64,000 nucleotides of DNA from positions 2,420,578 to 2,484,577 of the forward strand of contig CP136572.1 in the NCBI GenBank assembly GCA_035193785.1, given 5' to 3'. Position numbers and translations under genes: made by a program. Of the stretch, positions 20,801 to 35,761 are shown piece after piece. This DNA comes from Planktothrix sp. GU0601_MAG3 (GTDB lineage Bacteria; Cyanobacteriota; Cyanobacteriia; Cyanobacteriales; Microcoleaceae). Each line of letters begins with the position of its first letter. Position 1 is the stretch's first letter. The notes under the pieces are model-generated. The model saw only the letters and a program-made list of their open reading frames with translations. It was not told the origin of the DNA and did no database searches.

Positions 20801-23800
20801 TGGTTATGGTATTGGCTACGGGGTCAAGGTTGACACCACCATTGGCTATCCCACCATCATCTTGAAACTTGGAAGGTAAAGTTGGCGTAGTTATTCCCGT
20901 TATCGTGGAGGGCGGGGGTAAATTTCAGCTTTCCAGTTGTAATGTCATTTAGCGTGGCAAAATCACCGGCGGTGACGGCGTTACCGTTTAAGGTCAGGCT
21001 GCCGGTGGCTGGGAGGGTGGTAATTTTGACTTGAGTAAAGTTATTGCCATCGAGAATATCGCTGAAACCAAAGTCATTGACGGTGAAGGTATAATCTATG
21101 TCCTCATTGGTGCTGACGGTTTTGTCGGCTCCTGATGGGGCATCATTAACCGGAGTCACATCGATGGTTATGGTATTGGCTACGGGGTCAAGGTTGACAC
21201 CACCATTGGCTATCCCACCATCATCTTGAACTTGGAAGGTAAAGTTGGCGTAGTTATTCCCGTTATCGTGGAGGGCGGGGGTAAATTTTAGCTTTCCACT
21301 GGTAATGTCACTGACTGTGACCAAACTCTCTGCGGTGACGGCGTTACCGTTTAAGGTCAGGCTGCCGGTGGCTGGGAGGGTGGTAATTTTGACTTGAGCG
21401 AAGTTATCGCCATCGAGAATATCGCTGAAACCAAAGTCATTGACGGTGAAGGTATAATCTATGTCCTCATTGGTGCTGACGGTTTTGTCGGCTCCTGATG
21501 GGGCATCATTAACCGGAGTCACATCGATGGTTATGGTATTGGCTACGGGGTCAAGGTTGACACCACCATTGGCTATCCCACCATCATCTTGAACTTGGAA
21601 GGTAAAGTTGGCGTAGTTATTCCCGTTATCGTTGGGGGCGGGGGTAAATTTTAGCTTTCCACTGGTAATGTCACTGACTGTGACCAAATTCCCGGCGGTG
21701 ACGGCGTTACCGTTTAAGGTCAGGCTGCCGGTGGCTGGGAGGGTGGTAATTTTGACTTGAGTAAAGTTATTGCCATCGAGAATATCGCTGAAACCAAAGT
21801 CATTGACGGTGAAGGTATAATCTATGTCTTCATTGGTGCTGACGGTTTTGTCGGCTCCTGATGGGGCGTCGTTAACCGGAGTCACATTGATGGTTATGGT
21901 ATTGGCTACGGGGTCAAGGTTGACACCACCATTGGCTATCCCACCATCATCTTGAACTTGGAAGGTAAAGTTGGCGTAGTTATTCCCGTTATCGTTGGGG
22001 GCGGGGGTAAATTTTAGCTTTCCACTGGTAATGTCACTGACTGTGACAGAATTACCTGCGTCCACGGGTGTACCGTTTAAGGTCAGGCTGCCGGTGGCTG
22101 GGAGGGTGGTAATTTTGACTTGAGTAAAGTTATTGCCATCAAGAATATCGCTGAAACCAAAGTCATTGACGGTGAAGGTATAATCTATGTCCTCATTGGT
22201 GCTGACGGTTTTGTCGGCTCCTGATGGGGCATCATTAACCGGAGTCACATCGATGGTTATGGTATTGGCTACGGGGTCAAGGTTGACACCACCATTGGCT
22301 ATCCCACCATCATCTTGAACTTGGAAGGTAAAGTTGGCGTAGTTATTCCCGTTATCGTGGAGGGCGGGGGTAAATTTCAGCTTTCCACTGGTAATGTCAC
22401 TGACTGTGACCAAATTCCCGGCGGTGACGGCGTTACCGTTTAAGGTCAGGCTGCCGGTGGCTGGGAGGGTGGTAATTTTGACTTGAGTAAAGTTATTGCC
22501 ATCAAGAATATCGCTGAAACCAAAGTCATTGACGGTGAAGGTATAATCTATGTCTTCATTGGTGCTGACGGTTTTGTCGGCTCCTGATGGGGCGTCGTTA
22601 ACCGGAGTCACATCGATGGTTATGGTATTGGCTACGGGGTCAAGGTTGACACCACCATTGGCTATCCCACCATCATCTTGAACTTGGAAGGTAAAGTTGG
22701 CGTAGTTATTCCCGTTATCGTGGAGGGCGGGGGTAAATTTCAGCTTTCCAGTTGTAATGTCATTTAGCGTGGCAAAATCACCGGCGGTGACGGCGTTACC
22801 GTTTAAGGTCAGGCTGCCGGTGGCTGGGAGGGTGGTAATTTTGACTTGAGTAAAGTTATTGCCATCGAGAATATCGCTGAAACCAAAGTCATTGACGGTG
22901 AAGGTATAATCTATGTCCTCATTGGTGCTGACGGTTTTGTCGGCTCCTGATGGGGCATCATTAACCGGAGTCACATCGATGGTTATGGTATTGGCTACGG
23001 GGTCAAGGTTGACACCACCATTGGCTATCCCACCATCATCTTGAACTTGGAAGGTAAAGTTGGCGTAGTTATTCCCGTTATCGTTGGGGGCGGGGGTAAA
23101 TTTTAGCTTTCCACTGGTAATGTCACTGACTGTGACCAAATTCCCGGCGGTGACGGCGTTACCGTTTAAGGTCAGGCTGCCGGTGGCTGGGAGGGTGGTA
23201 ATTTTGACTTGAGTAAAGTTATTGCCATCGAGAATATCGCTGAAACCAAAGTCATTGACGGTGAAGGTATAATCTATGTCCTCATTGGTGCTGACGGTTT
23301 TGTCGGCTCCTGATGGGGCGTCGTTGACGGGTACAACTGTAATTGTACTAACAGCAGTGTTACTAACATTAACACCGTCACTAGCAATTACATTAATAGT
23401 GCGGTTTCCAGCAGTGGGATTTTGTGAAGTATTCTCGTAGGTAATGCTCTGTAATAAACTCTGTAAGTCAGCCGTTATAATATTGCTGTTATCGGGTTTA
23501 GTGATTTTGACTTGCTTTGTGGTATTATCGTATGCAGCCGTGAAGCTAGTAGTGCCTACTGTAAATGTTGCTGTTTTATTGGCATTCAGGGGATAGGCTG
23601 TACCCCCAATTTTTAAAACCTCTTCGACTCCATTTAATACGCCAGAAATCCCCAGGGTAAGACTAATAATATCATTGCCATCGGGATCGCTAACGGTGGC
23701 AAGATTGCCCGCGATATTACTAGCAATATTAACCGGGCTATTGCCTTCGGTGAAAGTTGTTGCATAACCAGTTCCGGCAGTGATACTACCATTCAAATCA

Positions 23801-25387
23801 ACAACGGGGGGAGAACCGATGGTTAATACTTTTAAGTTCGCAACTTCATGAATATTTGTCGCCCCACCCGGTGCACCTGTGGAAGCGGCGAAACCAAACT
23901 TGAAGGTAGGAGGTAAAAATGTGTCTCCATTCTCTGTTTTTATATCCAAATTTTGAAATACATATTCACCTGTATCCCCAAGCTGATTAGAATTTATATC
24001 AAAAAACAGGCTTAATTTTCCATCGGTAGATAGTTGAATTCCTACTTTTCTTTGAACACCTGTATCAGTTCTTTTTGTTGCGCCACTGGGCCCATCAATT
24101 CCACCAACAGCCGGTGGTAAGGTCTTGGTGTCAATCCAGTCATAAGACAGATTGCGATCTTGCGCCCCTCCTCCATCAAGAATTTCTTTTCCACGAATTG
24201 TAATTGAGTCGGGAAACCGGGTTCTTTTTATCTACACCTGTTAGTGGACTGCCTCCTACGCGAATAGTTGCATTATCACTACTTCTGACCTCCGTAGCAA
24301 AGTTTCCAAACTCATCAAATCCAATGCCAACATAACCTCCGGCGATGCCGTCTGTGTTACTAGAGCGGTTTTGAGCATATCCCAAAGAACCACCGAAGGC
24401 TCCTGCCTTGCTTGGAGACTTGCTACCATCAATTAAGAAAAAGCTTAATCCATCTCCTTGATTAGTAGCTCCTCCATAAGAATAATAATCAAATAATATG
24501 GTTAATCCAGAGGAGGAAGAAACGGGTTGATTGTAAATAACAAACCCTGACTGACTGTTGTTGGCTGAAGTTAATCTTAAGGCTCCTGCACCATTAGTAT
24601 CAGGTGTTATACCTGTGGGAACGCCTGGAATCCCATTATCGGGATTTGGTTTAGGAATTCCTTGAGGTGCTCTAGTTCCTCTTGCTGTTAAGTAAGGGAA
24701 AAATTGGCTAGTTAATAGGGCAGGATTCGCAATAACATCGGCTGAACCATTCGTGTTATTTCCATACAGCCAATTAATGGTGGGTGAAGCACTTCCTGGG
24801 GGTTGAGGTGTGAGGGCACTATTTCTAAAAGATTCATCGACTAATGTGTTTAGTAATACCCCTTCATAGTTGAATAGGGTTTGATTGTCAAAGGCTAAAC
24901 CTGCTTCAATGGTTCCGGTTGCATATTCTAAATTCCAATCTCGGCTAAACTGAATACTACCAGTTAAATTCTCGGAGGCGGCAATATCTGCTTGAGTCAA
25001 TTGGGATAAATTTGTAACGAAAGATTGTCCTAAACTTCCAGACGCAACATTACATCCATAGAGTAAAATATCGGCATTTTCTGTTAGGCTGGCTTGCCAT
25101 TGTGAGAGTTTAGTTGAATATTGATCAATATTATTCGCATTAATAACAGTTGTCCCTAACTGTAAACTTCCACTTTCACCGTGAGAAATAATATGGAGGG
25201 CATCAATATCTTTTTGTGTAGAAAGAATAGAACTAATTTGAGCAATTCCATCTTGATTAGCATCTAGTATAATAACTTCTGCATTTGGATCAACCCCTTG
25301 TAGTAATGTTTCGTAATTTTCAACACTGGAGTCTATGAAAACGATTGTTTTCACGGGGTCTTGAATATAATTGTGGTGAGATAACAT
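11850..25387 (-). CDS. Giant RTX-type surface protein/adhesin (~4510 aa after repairing five +1 indels): DUF4347, L-type lectin-like domain, 18 x 121-aa repeats, Pro/Thr/Ser linker, 7 diverged cadherin/Ig-like repeats, hemolysin-type Ca-binding repeats
   Basis: IVFIDS.V...LHIISHG..G.LQLG (DUF4347); [30 protein letters not shown] (lectin); GG.GND.L nonamers; 13538 nt minus 5 = 4511 codons; start ATG chosen at 25387 (ORF open to 25495). Confidence 0.85.
15795..16797 (-). repeat. Low-complexity coding repeat encoding ([10 protein letters not shown])n and PEPTPVPT
   Basis: Mosaic of GGACTTGGTGTT and GGACTTGGTGTTGGAGTC units. Confidence 0.95.
16798..23330 (-). repeat. 18 tandem near-identical 363-bp coding repeats
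   Basis: Unit [19 protein letters not shown]...NTITIDV recurs every 363 bp. Confidence 0.95.
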
Positions 25388-25767
25388 ACCCTGAATTTCC
25401 TTGATTTGGCTGGTTTTTAAACAAATATATGGATTAACTAAAACTTGAATCTGCACATGATGGAAATTGACACACTTCCATGATACCCTTAGCATTAAGC
25501 AAAGAGACAGTATTGTAAACTACACCCTTATCTAAGTGTAAATGCGTAGGTTGGAGGTATTGGTTTAGTTTGTACCAGATATAAAACTGTCACATTTGCA
25601 GTTGACAAAAAGCAAAAAAAATGTTAAGGGTTTTACGGTCAACCAAAAATGTCGCTGATTTAGCTGAAATTGCATGAAATATAGTTGTCTAAAATATTAT
25701 TAACGAATATCCTCGTAACCTGGCATAGAATATAGTATAAACTTCCCGGCTAAGAGCGACCTCACGG

Positions 25768-27481
25768 ATGTCTCTAATTTCGTCTCAACATAACTTAACC
25801 AAAAGTAAAAATTCTCCTGGCATTGTCCTGTCTATGTTTAATCGTTTAAGCATTCGGCAAAAAATTGGCTGGGGTTATGGGGTGGTAGTCGGGGTCGTCC
25901 TTGTGGGTGTGACCTCGGCATTTTTGGTATCGACCTATTCGGTGCGAACTTTGCGTACCCAATTAGAAATTGACCAACAAAAGGCAAAGGTTCTTGATGG
26001 ACTCAGCCAAAGTCTACTCCAGTTAAAGCATAATCAGGATAACCTAGCGCAGTCCCTCAGCAATAGCAAGGATATGGAAAAGATTGAACAGGGGGTTTCC
26101 GCCCTGCGTTTCTAATATCTTTGTGATGAATAATCAATTGCAACAACTCCAAGATATTCCTGAAACAACAGATCTTGCAATTCTACAGGATTATCAAGCC
26201 TTACAGGACTTAACTCAACGCTATCAAGAACGGTTAACTAACTATGCAGAAAAGTTTGAAACCCTGATTCAAACTACGGAAAAACCGAATCTGAATCCTC
26301 AAATTTTAAAGTCAGTTCAAAAGTCTCTGATTAACTTGAATCGGACAACCGGAATTATTCAAGTTTATCCGGTTTATGCTGAAACAACCCAACTGGAAAA
26401 TCGATTCAGAAAGCGGGCTGAAACTGCTCTGAAAAACTATGAAAAAATTGAATTGCTGGGCAATATTATTATTATTACCACTGTTGTTTTATCCAGTGGA
26501 TTAGCCATAGTATTTGCAATTTTTACGGGTCATATAATTGCGACTCCCTTAGATATTATGATTAAGGTGGCGGAACAGGTGAGTGAGGAATCGGATTTTG
26601 CCCTACAAGCTCCTGTAACCAGTTCCGATGAAATTGGGGTGCTAACGGAATCTTTAAATCATCTAATTCAACGGGTGGCTGAATATACGGAAGAATTACA
26701 GAAAGCCAAAATTATGGCGGAAGCGGCTAACCGTTCTAAGAGTGTGTTTTTAGCCAATATGAGCCATGAACTACGCACGCCGTTAAATGCGATTATTGGT
26801 TATAGTGAAATGCTGCATGATGAATCGGAGGATTTGGGATATACGGACTTTTTACCCGACTTAGAACGGATTCAAACTGCTGGAAAACATCTGCGGGATA
26901 TGATTAGTGATATTTTAGATATTTCTAAAATTGAGGCGGGTCATGTCACTCTCTATTTAGAAAATTTTCCCGTTGATAAACTCATAGAAGATGTGATTAC
27001 CACCGCTACTCCTTTGGCGGAAAAGAATAATAATGTTTTGAAGGTCAAGGCTAAACCTAATATTGGAAATATGTATGCTGATATGCCGAAAGTTCGACAA
27101 ATTCTGTTAAATTTACTCAGCAATGCTTCTAAATTTACCGAAAAAGGAACTATTTATTTAATTGCTGAACGCACCCAAGAAAAACCCCCGATTCCAGAGG
27201 ATGATGAATTTATGTATGGAATGGTTGCTAATTCATCTCAATATTTAGTATTCCGGGTTAAAGATTCGGGAATTGGGATGACTGAAGATCAATTACAACA
27301 TATTTTTAAACCCTTTATTCAAGCAGATCCTTCTACAACCAAACGGTTTGGCGGTACTGGGTTGGGACTGGCTATTAGTCAGCGTTTATGTCAAATTCTC
27401 GGGGGGGTAATTACGGTGGAAAGTCAGATGGATGAGGGTTCTATTTTTAGTGTTTGGCTTCCGGTTCATGTTAAGGGATAA
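25768..27481 (+). CDS. Membrane sensor histidine kinase (TM-sensor-TM-HAMP-HisKA-HATPase); +1 indel at 26108-26112
   Basis: [30 protein letters not shown]-box, [20 protein letters not shown]. Confidence 0.88.
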
Positions 27482-27485
27482 TTGA

Positions 27486-27639
27486 GAATTACGAATTACG
27501 AATTACGAATGGGGAATGGGTAATGGGTAATGGGTAATGGGTAATGGGGAATGGGGAATGGGGAATGGGGAATGGGTAATGGGGAATGGGGAATGGGGAA
27601 TGGGGAATGGGTAATGGGTAATGGGTAATGGGTAATGGG
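27486..27639. repeat. Heptamer short tandem repeats (STRR-type): ACGAATT, GGGGAAT, GGGTAAT
   Basis: About 20 consecutive 7-mers between convergent kinase genes. Confidence 0.9.
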
Positions 27640-30295
27640 TTAGACGGTGGAGGAATGGACTTCCAGAAGGAGATTGGAATTGTGCCTGAACTCTTGTTTT
27701 AGAGGTAATTCTATCACAAATTCCGTGCCTTTTTCGACTTCAGAATAACAGAAAATCTTGCCCCGGTGTTTAGCAATGATTTGATAACTAATTGCCAATC
27801 CTAAACCCGTCCCTTTTCCGACAGGTTTTGTGGTGAAAAATGGTTCAAATAAACGGTGTTTGACCCGTTCTGTCATGCCATTTCCATTATCAGTAATTCG
27901 GATAACTACTCGGTTGGCTTCATTCAATTCTGTCCGAATCCGAATCGTGGGAGAAATAGCAGAAATTTGCCATGGGTGTGCGGGGGAATTGGGAATTGGG
28001 ATGGGATGAATAAACTTAGATTCTCCTTCTAATAAAGCATCAATAGCATTATTCAAGAGATTCATAAAAACTTGATTCAACTGACCCGGATAGCATTCGG
28101 TTTTGGGTAGGTTTCCATACTCTTTAATGATTTGAATGGGAGGAAGACGTTTATCCCGGGAGTTAGACGCTTGGGGGCGAAGTCGATGTTGTAAAATCAA
28201 TAAAGTGTTTTCTAAGCCATCATGGATATTAACGGGTTTCATGTCGGCTTCATCTAATCGAGAAAAGTTGCGCAGTGATAGCACAATTTCTCGAATTCGG
28301 TTGGCTCCGACTTTCATTGAGGATAAAGTTTTGGGTAAATCATTGAGAATAAACTCTAATTCAATAGTTTCTTGATGTTGTTGAATTTCGGCATGGGGTT
28401 GGGGATAATGCTGTTCGTAGAGGGCGATTAATTCCAACAGGTCTTGGATATATTGACTGGCATAATTAATGTTGCCATAAATAAAGGTAATCGGGTTATT
28501 AATTTCATGGGCAATTCCGGCAACTAATTGACCTAAACTGGATAATTTTTCGGTTTGAATTAGTTGGGCTTGAGCCTGTCCTAATTCCCTTAATGTTAGT
28601 TCTAATTGTTGGGCTTTGGCTCGTTCTCGGGCTTCCGATTGACGTAGGGCTTCTTCGGCTTTTCGGCGATCGCCAATATCCTTTACAGTTTCCGGTCATT
28701 CTCAGGGGCTGTTGCTGTTCGTCCCGCACCACTACTTTACCCTGATTCAGAATCCATTTCCATTCCCCAGAACGGCTTAACATTCGATGTTCAATTTGAC
28801 AAAAGGGCGTTTTTCCCTCTAAATGTTGTTTGAGAACTTCAACTACTTGCTCCCGATCTTCAGGATGAACTAACTTTAACCAAGAGCGGGCTTTTCCATG
28901 AATTTTGTTAGCTTCATACCCTAACATCAAACTCCATTGGGGACTAAAATAAACCTCTCCTGTGACTAAATTCCAATCCCATAATCCTTGATCGGTTCCA
29001 GCTAAAGCTAATTTTAACCGTTCTTCACTGGCTTTCAATGCTTCAGAGGCTTGGCGTTTTTCGGTAATATCAAAAATGGCTCCGTTTAGCCAACAAATTG
29101 CATCTTCCTCGGTGAAAATAACCTGTCCTTTTTCATAGACCCAACGAATATTTCCATCAATTCTAATTAAACGGTATTCTAAAATATAGGGTTGTCGAGA
29201 TTCAAAACTTATCCGAATTTTGCGTTTAACTTTCGCCAAATCGTCGGGATGAATGATACTATTAAAGGAGCGAATTCGATTTTGAATAAAATCCGCCGCC
29301 GGATATCCGGTAATCACTTCAATCCCTTGACTCAAGAATACCATCATCCGATCTTCTTCTAAAACCCCTCGATAAACTGCACCCGGAATATTAGCCACTA
29401 GGGAACGATATTCTCCTTGGCGTTCTCGTAATGTCCGTTCAATTTGTTTGCGATCGCTAATATCTCGAGCAAAGGCACATTGATATTCTCTCCCATTAAA
29501 ATTCAGATGATTAATCATAATTTCAACGGGAAAAATCCGGTTATGTTTGGTGCGATGACGAGCTTCAATATTCAAAGAACCGCAACGTCTTAAAATCTTC
29601 CAATGTAATGACCAGGAGGATACCGGAAAGTCCGGGTTAATATCATGAATGGTTAAACTTAATAATTCTTCGGGGGCATAACCGAGGGAACGACAGGCGG
29701 CATCATTGACATATAAAATTTGTCCATCTTCTCCCACCCATAAAATGGCATCCGCCGCTTTATCAATGGAAAATTTAGTCAGTTTTAAAACTTCTTCAAT
29801 CGGTTGCTGAGAATCTAGTTTAAACGGAAATGTGGCATCTATTTTAAACAGATTATGAAAGTTAGATCGTAGTTTATCTAATGTGGAATGGGACGAAGAA
29901 ACTTTATCCTCTGTTTCTTCAGGGGTTGAGGATTCAATCAAGGGTTTTTTAACTCGGTAAGAATTAATTACTCGAATTAATCCCCCGATACTAAACAAAA
30001 AGATTAAAGCAATAATAACCTGACTTGCTCCTAATGCTTTATTGAGAGGATATTTCCACATTAATAAATGGATTAGATGCAGAGTACCATCGGCGATTAA
30101 AGCTAATCCTAAAAACCCACAAATTTTGATTAAGGGTTGGAACTCAGCCCAATTAATGTTTAAAGGTTTTACCACCTTAGACAGAAGGGAAGGTTTTAAC
30201 GAAGTGGGGGTAAATAAATGATTAATCAGTAAAAAAGCTAAGGCATAGTGAATAAAAATGATCAGCAATTCTGAACTAAAAGTCAGAAATTCCAT
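27640..30295 (-). CDS. Multi-PAS sensor histidine kinase with three N-terminal TM helices; +1 indel at 28688-28692
   Basis: Three PAS/PAC domains; repaired frame continues to EKLSSLGQLVAGIAHEINNP; QLNQVFMNLL.NAIDA, GKGTGLGL. Confidence 0.88.
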
Positions 30296-30839
30296 AGGAA
30301 TATTGCCGATGGGATTGGGGGAAACACAGGGGTAATAATCCGAGTAAAGTCATGGGATTTTAAAAAAAGGCTGAAAAAAACTTTAAACATCCGTTTGATC
30401 GCAGCTTTCAATCCGATTAAAAAGGACTGAGGGTGAACTACTTATGCTGATAAACGCGACAAAATCCAGGCTTGGTAATTTTGTCGCCCCGTAGCCCTTG
30501 ACATACACTTGCCATCAAGGGTTAATTATTAGATTTCGTGATCACGGTGCTGGCCGATCTTTTGTCACCCTGAACTTGTAGATTTGGTTGGTCTAGTTCA
30601 ATTGTAAGAAATTATTTAATGTTATTCTACAAATTGCTAAAAATTGTTATTGTTTTATATATTTATTTGAAGTTTTCTATAGTTTTATTTTATTTGGCCT
30701 AATTCTTGCGCACCGATTTATGTTTGATATTCCGAAATTCCGAGCAAGAAGGGGCATAATCTCCAGATTAATTTTCCCCTTCTCACCGACTGTTAGCAGG
30801 TATATTAGGGGTCAAGGGAATTAGGACATCAACCAGACC

Positions 30840-32309
30840 CTAACTCAAGACCCAATTCACTAACATTCTTACCCCATAACCCGTAGCCCCGGCGTTATTA
30901 TAACCGTTGTCTTTATCAGCCCAAACCGGGCCAGCCACATCTAAATGGGCCCAGGGAGTTTTTTCCACAAATTGTTTGAGGAATAGGGTGGCTGTGATTG
31001 ATCCTCCAGCCCTTGGCCCGGTATTTTTCATATCGGCGTGGATGGCTTTTAAGCCTTCAAAATATTTTTCTTCTAAGGGCATCCGCCAGAGTTTTTCTCC
31101 TGATGTTTTGGAGGCGGTTTCTAACTCCATTGCCAACTGATCATCGGGGCTCCATAACCCGGCAAGATCATCTCCCAAAGCAACCACACAGGCGCCGGTT
31201 AAGGTGGCTAAATCAATCATGGCATCCACCCCTAATTTATCCGCAAATACCAGGGCGTCGGCTAGGGTTAATCGTCCTTCGGCATCGGTATTATTAACTT
31301 CAATGGTTTTGCCATTAGAGGCTTTCAGAAAATCCCCCGGGTGCAGGGCGCGACCGCTAATCATATTTTCGGTGACCGCACTAATAAAATGCACTTCTAC
31401 GTCTGGTTTTAACTGACTAATGGCTTTAGCCGCCCCAAAGGTAGCCGCGGCGCCGCCCATATCTACTTTCATCATTTCAATCCCGCTACCGGTGGGTTTA
31501 ATATTCAATCCACCGGAATCAAAGGTTAAGCCTTTACCAATAATGGCTAATTTGCGCCGGGGAGTGACCGAGGGACGATAGATTAAATGGATAAATTTAG
31601 GGGGTAAATCCGAGGCTTGGGCAACCCCTAAAAAAGCACCCATGCCCAATTTTTCGCAGTCTTCTTTCTCTAAAATATGCAATTCTAAGCCGTATTCTTG
31701 GGCTAGGGATTGAACTATTTCTGCCATAGTAATGGGGGTGACTTCATTGGCAGGGGCGGCGACTAATTCCCGGGCTAAAATTACCCCGGAACAAATTTGT
31801 TGGGCGCGGGTAATGGCGGATTCTGTACCGGGTAAACCCAATAATTCAATTTGTTCGATGCCGTGACCTTTTTCGTCGGTTTCTGACTTAAATCGGGTAT
31901 CTTGATGGAGGGCTAATTCTAGGCCTTCGGTAACAGCTTGGGCGGTGGTTTCTGGGGTTTCAAAAATAGGTAAGCTCACCCCAAGAATTTTTCCTTTCAG
32001 GGATTTTGCGGTTTTAGCAATACTGGCGGCGGCGCGGCGTAGGCTGTCTAATTTTAGGGTATCTGATTTACCTAAACCAACTAAAATCACTTTGCGAATC
32101 GGGCTATTTCCCCCCACACGAGTTGAAATACTGCTATCTGCTTTTCCCTTAAATTCGGTTTCGGCAATTAATTCTTTTAGAGTCCCGGCGAGTTGCCCAT
32201 CTAAGGTGGCTAAGTCCCCGGTTAATTCTATCTGATCTTCAAATAAACCCAGGGCGAGGATATCTCCTGACCAGTTCAAGCAGGATGTGTTAGTGGCTTT
32301 AAATTCCAT
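30840..32309 (-). CDS. pepA: Leucyl aminopeptidase (M17)
   Basis: [30 protein letters not shown]. Confidence 0.95.
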   Translation of the reverse strand: MEFKATNTSCLNWSGDILALGLFEDQIELTGDLATLDGQLAGTLKELIAETEFKGKADSSISTRVGGNSPIRKVILVGLGKSDTLKLDSLRRAAASIAKTAKSLKGKILGVSLPIFETPETTAQAVTEGLELALHQDTRFKSETDEKGHGIEQIELLGLPGTESAITRAQQICSGVILARELVAAPANEVTPITMAEIVQSLAQEYGLELHILEKEDCEKLGMGAFLGVAQASDLPPKFIHLIYRPSVTPRRKLAIIGKGLTFDSGGLNIKPTGSGIEMMKVDMGGAAATFGAAKAISQLKPDVEVHFISAVTENMISGRALHPGDFLKASNGKTIEVNNTDAEGRLTLADALVFADKLGVDAMIDLATLTGACVVALGDDLAGLWSPDDQLAMELETASKTSGEKLWRMPLEEKYFEGLKAIHADMKNTGPRAGGSITATLFLKQFVEKTPWAHLDVAGPVWADKDNGYNNAGATGYGVRMLVNWVLS

Positions 32310-32441
32310 TGTTGTTTGTGTTTGAGTTACTCTAAAAAGTATAAACCTTTTTCGGTTTCAGGAGTTAGGAAAAAGTCCGGGGTGCGACTCTGTTGATTCG
32401 TTGCTTGGAAAAATTTTAATTTGGTGATGGCAAAATATAAT

Positions 32442-33735
<1,294 letters not shown>

Positions 33736-33743
33736 GTTTGTGA

Positions 33744-34130
33744 TCAATTCCCTCTTGAAGCCTTAACATTGGGTACAGCAGAGCCATAATTGACTCGACA
33801 ACCCAAATTAAATAAACTAGAACTACATTCTAACGGGACAACTTGATCCCCTAATAGGGCACTACAACTAACATAATTATCATTATTCGTATCTTTCAAA
33901 ACGCATTCAATGGGTCTGGCTCCAGAACTTTTTGTCCACATTTTCATTCCCATTTCTGCGACAAAATGTTGATAAAAGAAAGCAGAAATTCCTACTGCTA
34001 AAACCACAATTCCCAGTAGGCTAATTCTGACTGTCCAATTACTCAAAATTTTACCAATAAACCCTTTAATACTGTCTGGGATTGATGTCGTCATCGAGGT
34101 GGGTGTATCCGTAGGTTGATTGTCTGTCAT
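33744..34130 (-). CDS. Hypothetical single-TM protein with conserved Cys residues
   Basis: TM helix followed by C..KDTN.D.YVSC......VPLEC......GC. Confidence 0.65.
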   Translation of the reverse strand: MTDNQPTDTPTSMTTSIPDSIKGFIGKILSNWTVRISLLGIVVLAVGISAFFYQHFVAEMGMKMWTKSSGARPIECVLKDTNNDNYVSCSALLGDQVVPLECSSSLFNLGCRVNYGSAVPNVKASRGN

Positions 34131-34356
34131 AATATCTTTCCTGTAACATAATTGCTGCTGGGGTTAAGCCCCATTTAAGGTTAACGCCCAGGGTCTTACT
34201 TCTGTATTTTAACTGAATTTACTAAAAATTAGATTTGATCTGGCTAAATCTCCCCGAAGATGTAGGGTGATGGAAAATCTAGGAGGCTGAGATATCACTA
34301 CAAATTTTCTATTTTTGGGTGGGGATGAGGTCTTCTCCCCCTCAATAAAAATTTTT

Positions 34357-35761
34357 CTATTCCGTTTGAATTTGTGTTAATAAATCATAAAAAGGTTGCC
34401 AATTATCTTCAAGGGTAATCTTTTCCCAGACTGCTTCAATTTCGGGACGAATAATTACCACTTGGGGATTATAATAGTTTAATCGTTGTTGCATTTCCTT
34501 GAGTTCGGGATCAGACAAGGTTTGTAAATGATGATAATATTGCTGTCTCCAAGCGTCTAAATGTTCCATGGGTTTCAGCATCTTTTAAAATATTCTGGGG
34601 TTGGTCTTGCCATTGCTGACAAAATTGTTCTCGCAGTTGCATAAAAAAGTCGGGATAGCTAATTCGATTATTTTTGAGTAAATTAATCGTAATTTGTAAT
34701 AATTCCTCTGCTTCTGGGGTAGGAAGTTGTTCAAACCCTAAACGATTAATCATCCGTTGACGATAGAATTCTCGATAATACTGTTGAAAAGGGTCTAACG
34801 CTTTTTTGAGTTCTTCTAAAGGTATAACTAAGGATAAGGGTTTTTGTAATAATTCTAGGTTTCCTTCACAGATAAAGGGTTGATTTCCATAACAATATAA
34901 CTTGCCATAATCAAAATAGGCGGCGGTAAATTGCAGGTTATAATCGGGCATAAAGGCGTAGGGGCCATAATCGAAACTTTCCCCGGTAATAGACATATTA
35001 TCGGTATTTAAAACCCCGTGACAAAACCCGGAAGCCATCCATTGGGCGACTAATTCCGCGACTCTTTTCACCAGTTCGGCGTAAAATAAAATATAGCGAT
35101 CGCTTTCTAATTTTAGGTCAGAATAATAATGGGTGATAACGTGATCTAAGAGGGTTTCGATCAGATCTTTGCGTTTAAAATAGTGTAACCGTTCAAAGGT
35201 TCCAAAGCGAATATGGGAGCGACTAAACCGGATCATTACAGAAGAACGGGTGGGGGAAGGTTCATCTCCTCGCCATAGTTGTTCTCCGGTTTCAATTAAG
35301 CTTAAACACCGAGAGGTTTTGACCCGCATTCGGTGCAACATTTCGGCGGCTAAAACTTCCCGCACGCCACCTTTTAAGGTTAATCTACCGTCGGCATTTC
35401 GAGAGTAGGGAGTTCTTCCCGATCCCTTAGTGCCGAAATCGTACAATTCCCGATCTATTCCCCGGGTCTGACCATACAAAAACCCCCGTCCATCTCCCAA
35501 ATAGGGGTTATATTCCCTAAACTGATAGCCGTGGTAACGCATGGCTAACAGGGGACGCACGGCTTCAAATTTGCCAAAGGCTTCGATAAAATGGTCGTCG
35601 GTAACGGTTTCGGGGTCGAGTCCTAACTGATTTAATACCAAATCATTGCGGAACCTAAGTTGGTGCATCGGGAACTCCGCCGCCGTTACAATATCGGAAT
35701 ATTCACCGCCTAACGCCTCAAATGCGGGTTCATAGTCGAGGTGCAGGAACGGATTAGACAT
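34357..35761 (-). CDS. selO: SelO/YdiU family protein adenylyltransferase; +1 indel at 34572-34576
   Basis: [42 protein letters not shown]. Confidence 0.9.

Noticed and set aside
17596..20868. Programmed frameshift or phase variation at the same position in two adhesin repeats
   Set aside because: Same GAAC>GAAAC signature as the other indels; the tract is too short for slipped-strand switching
30296..30839. 540-bp intergenic region as a possible ncRNA or riboswitch
   Set aside because: No recognisable conserved structure by eye; would need an Rfam/Infernal search
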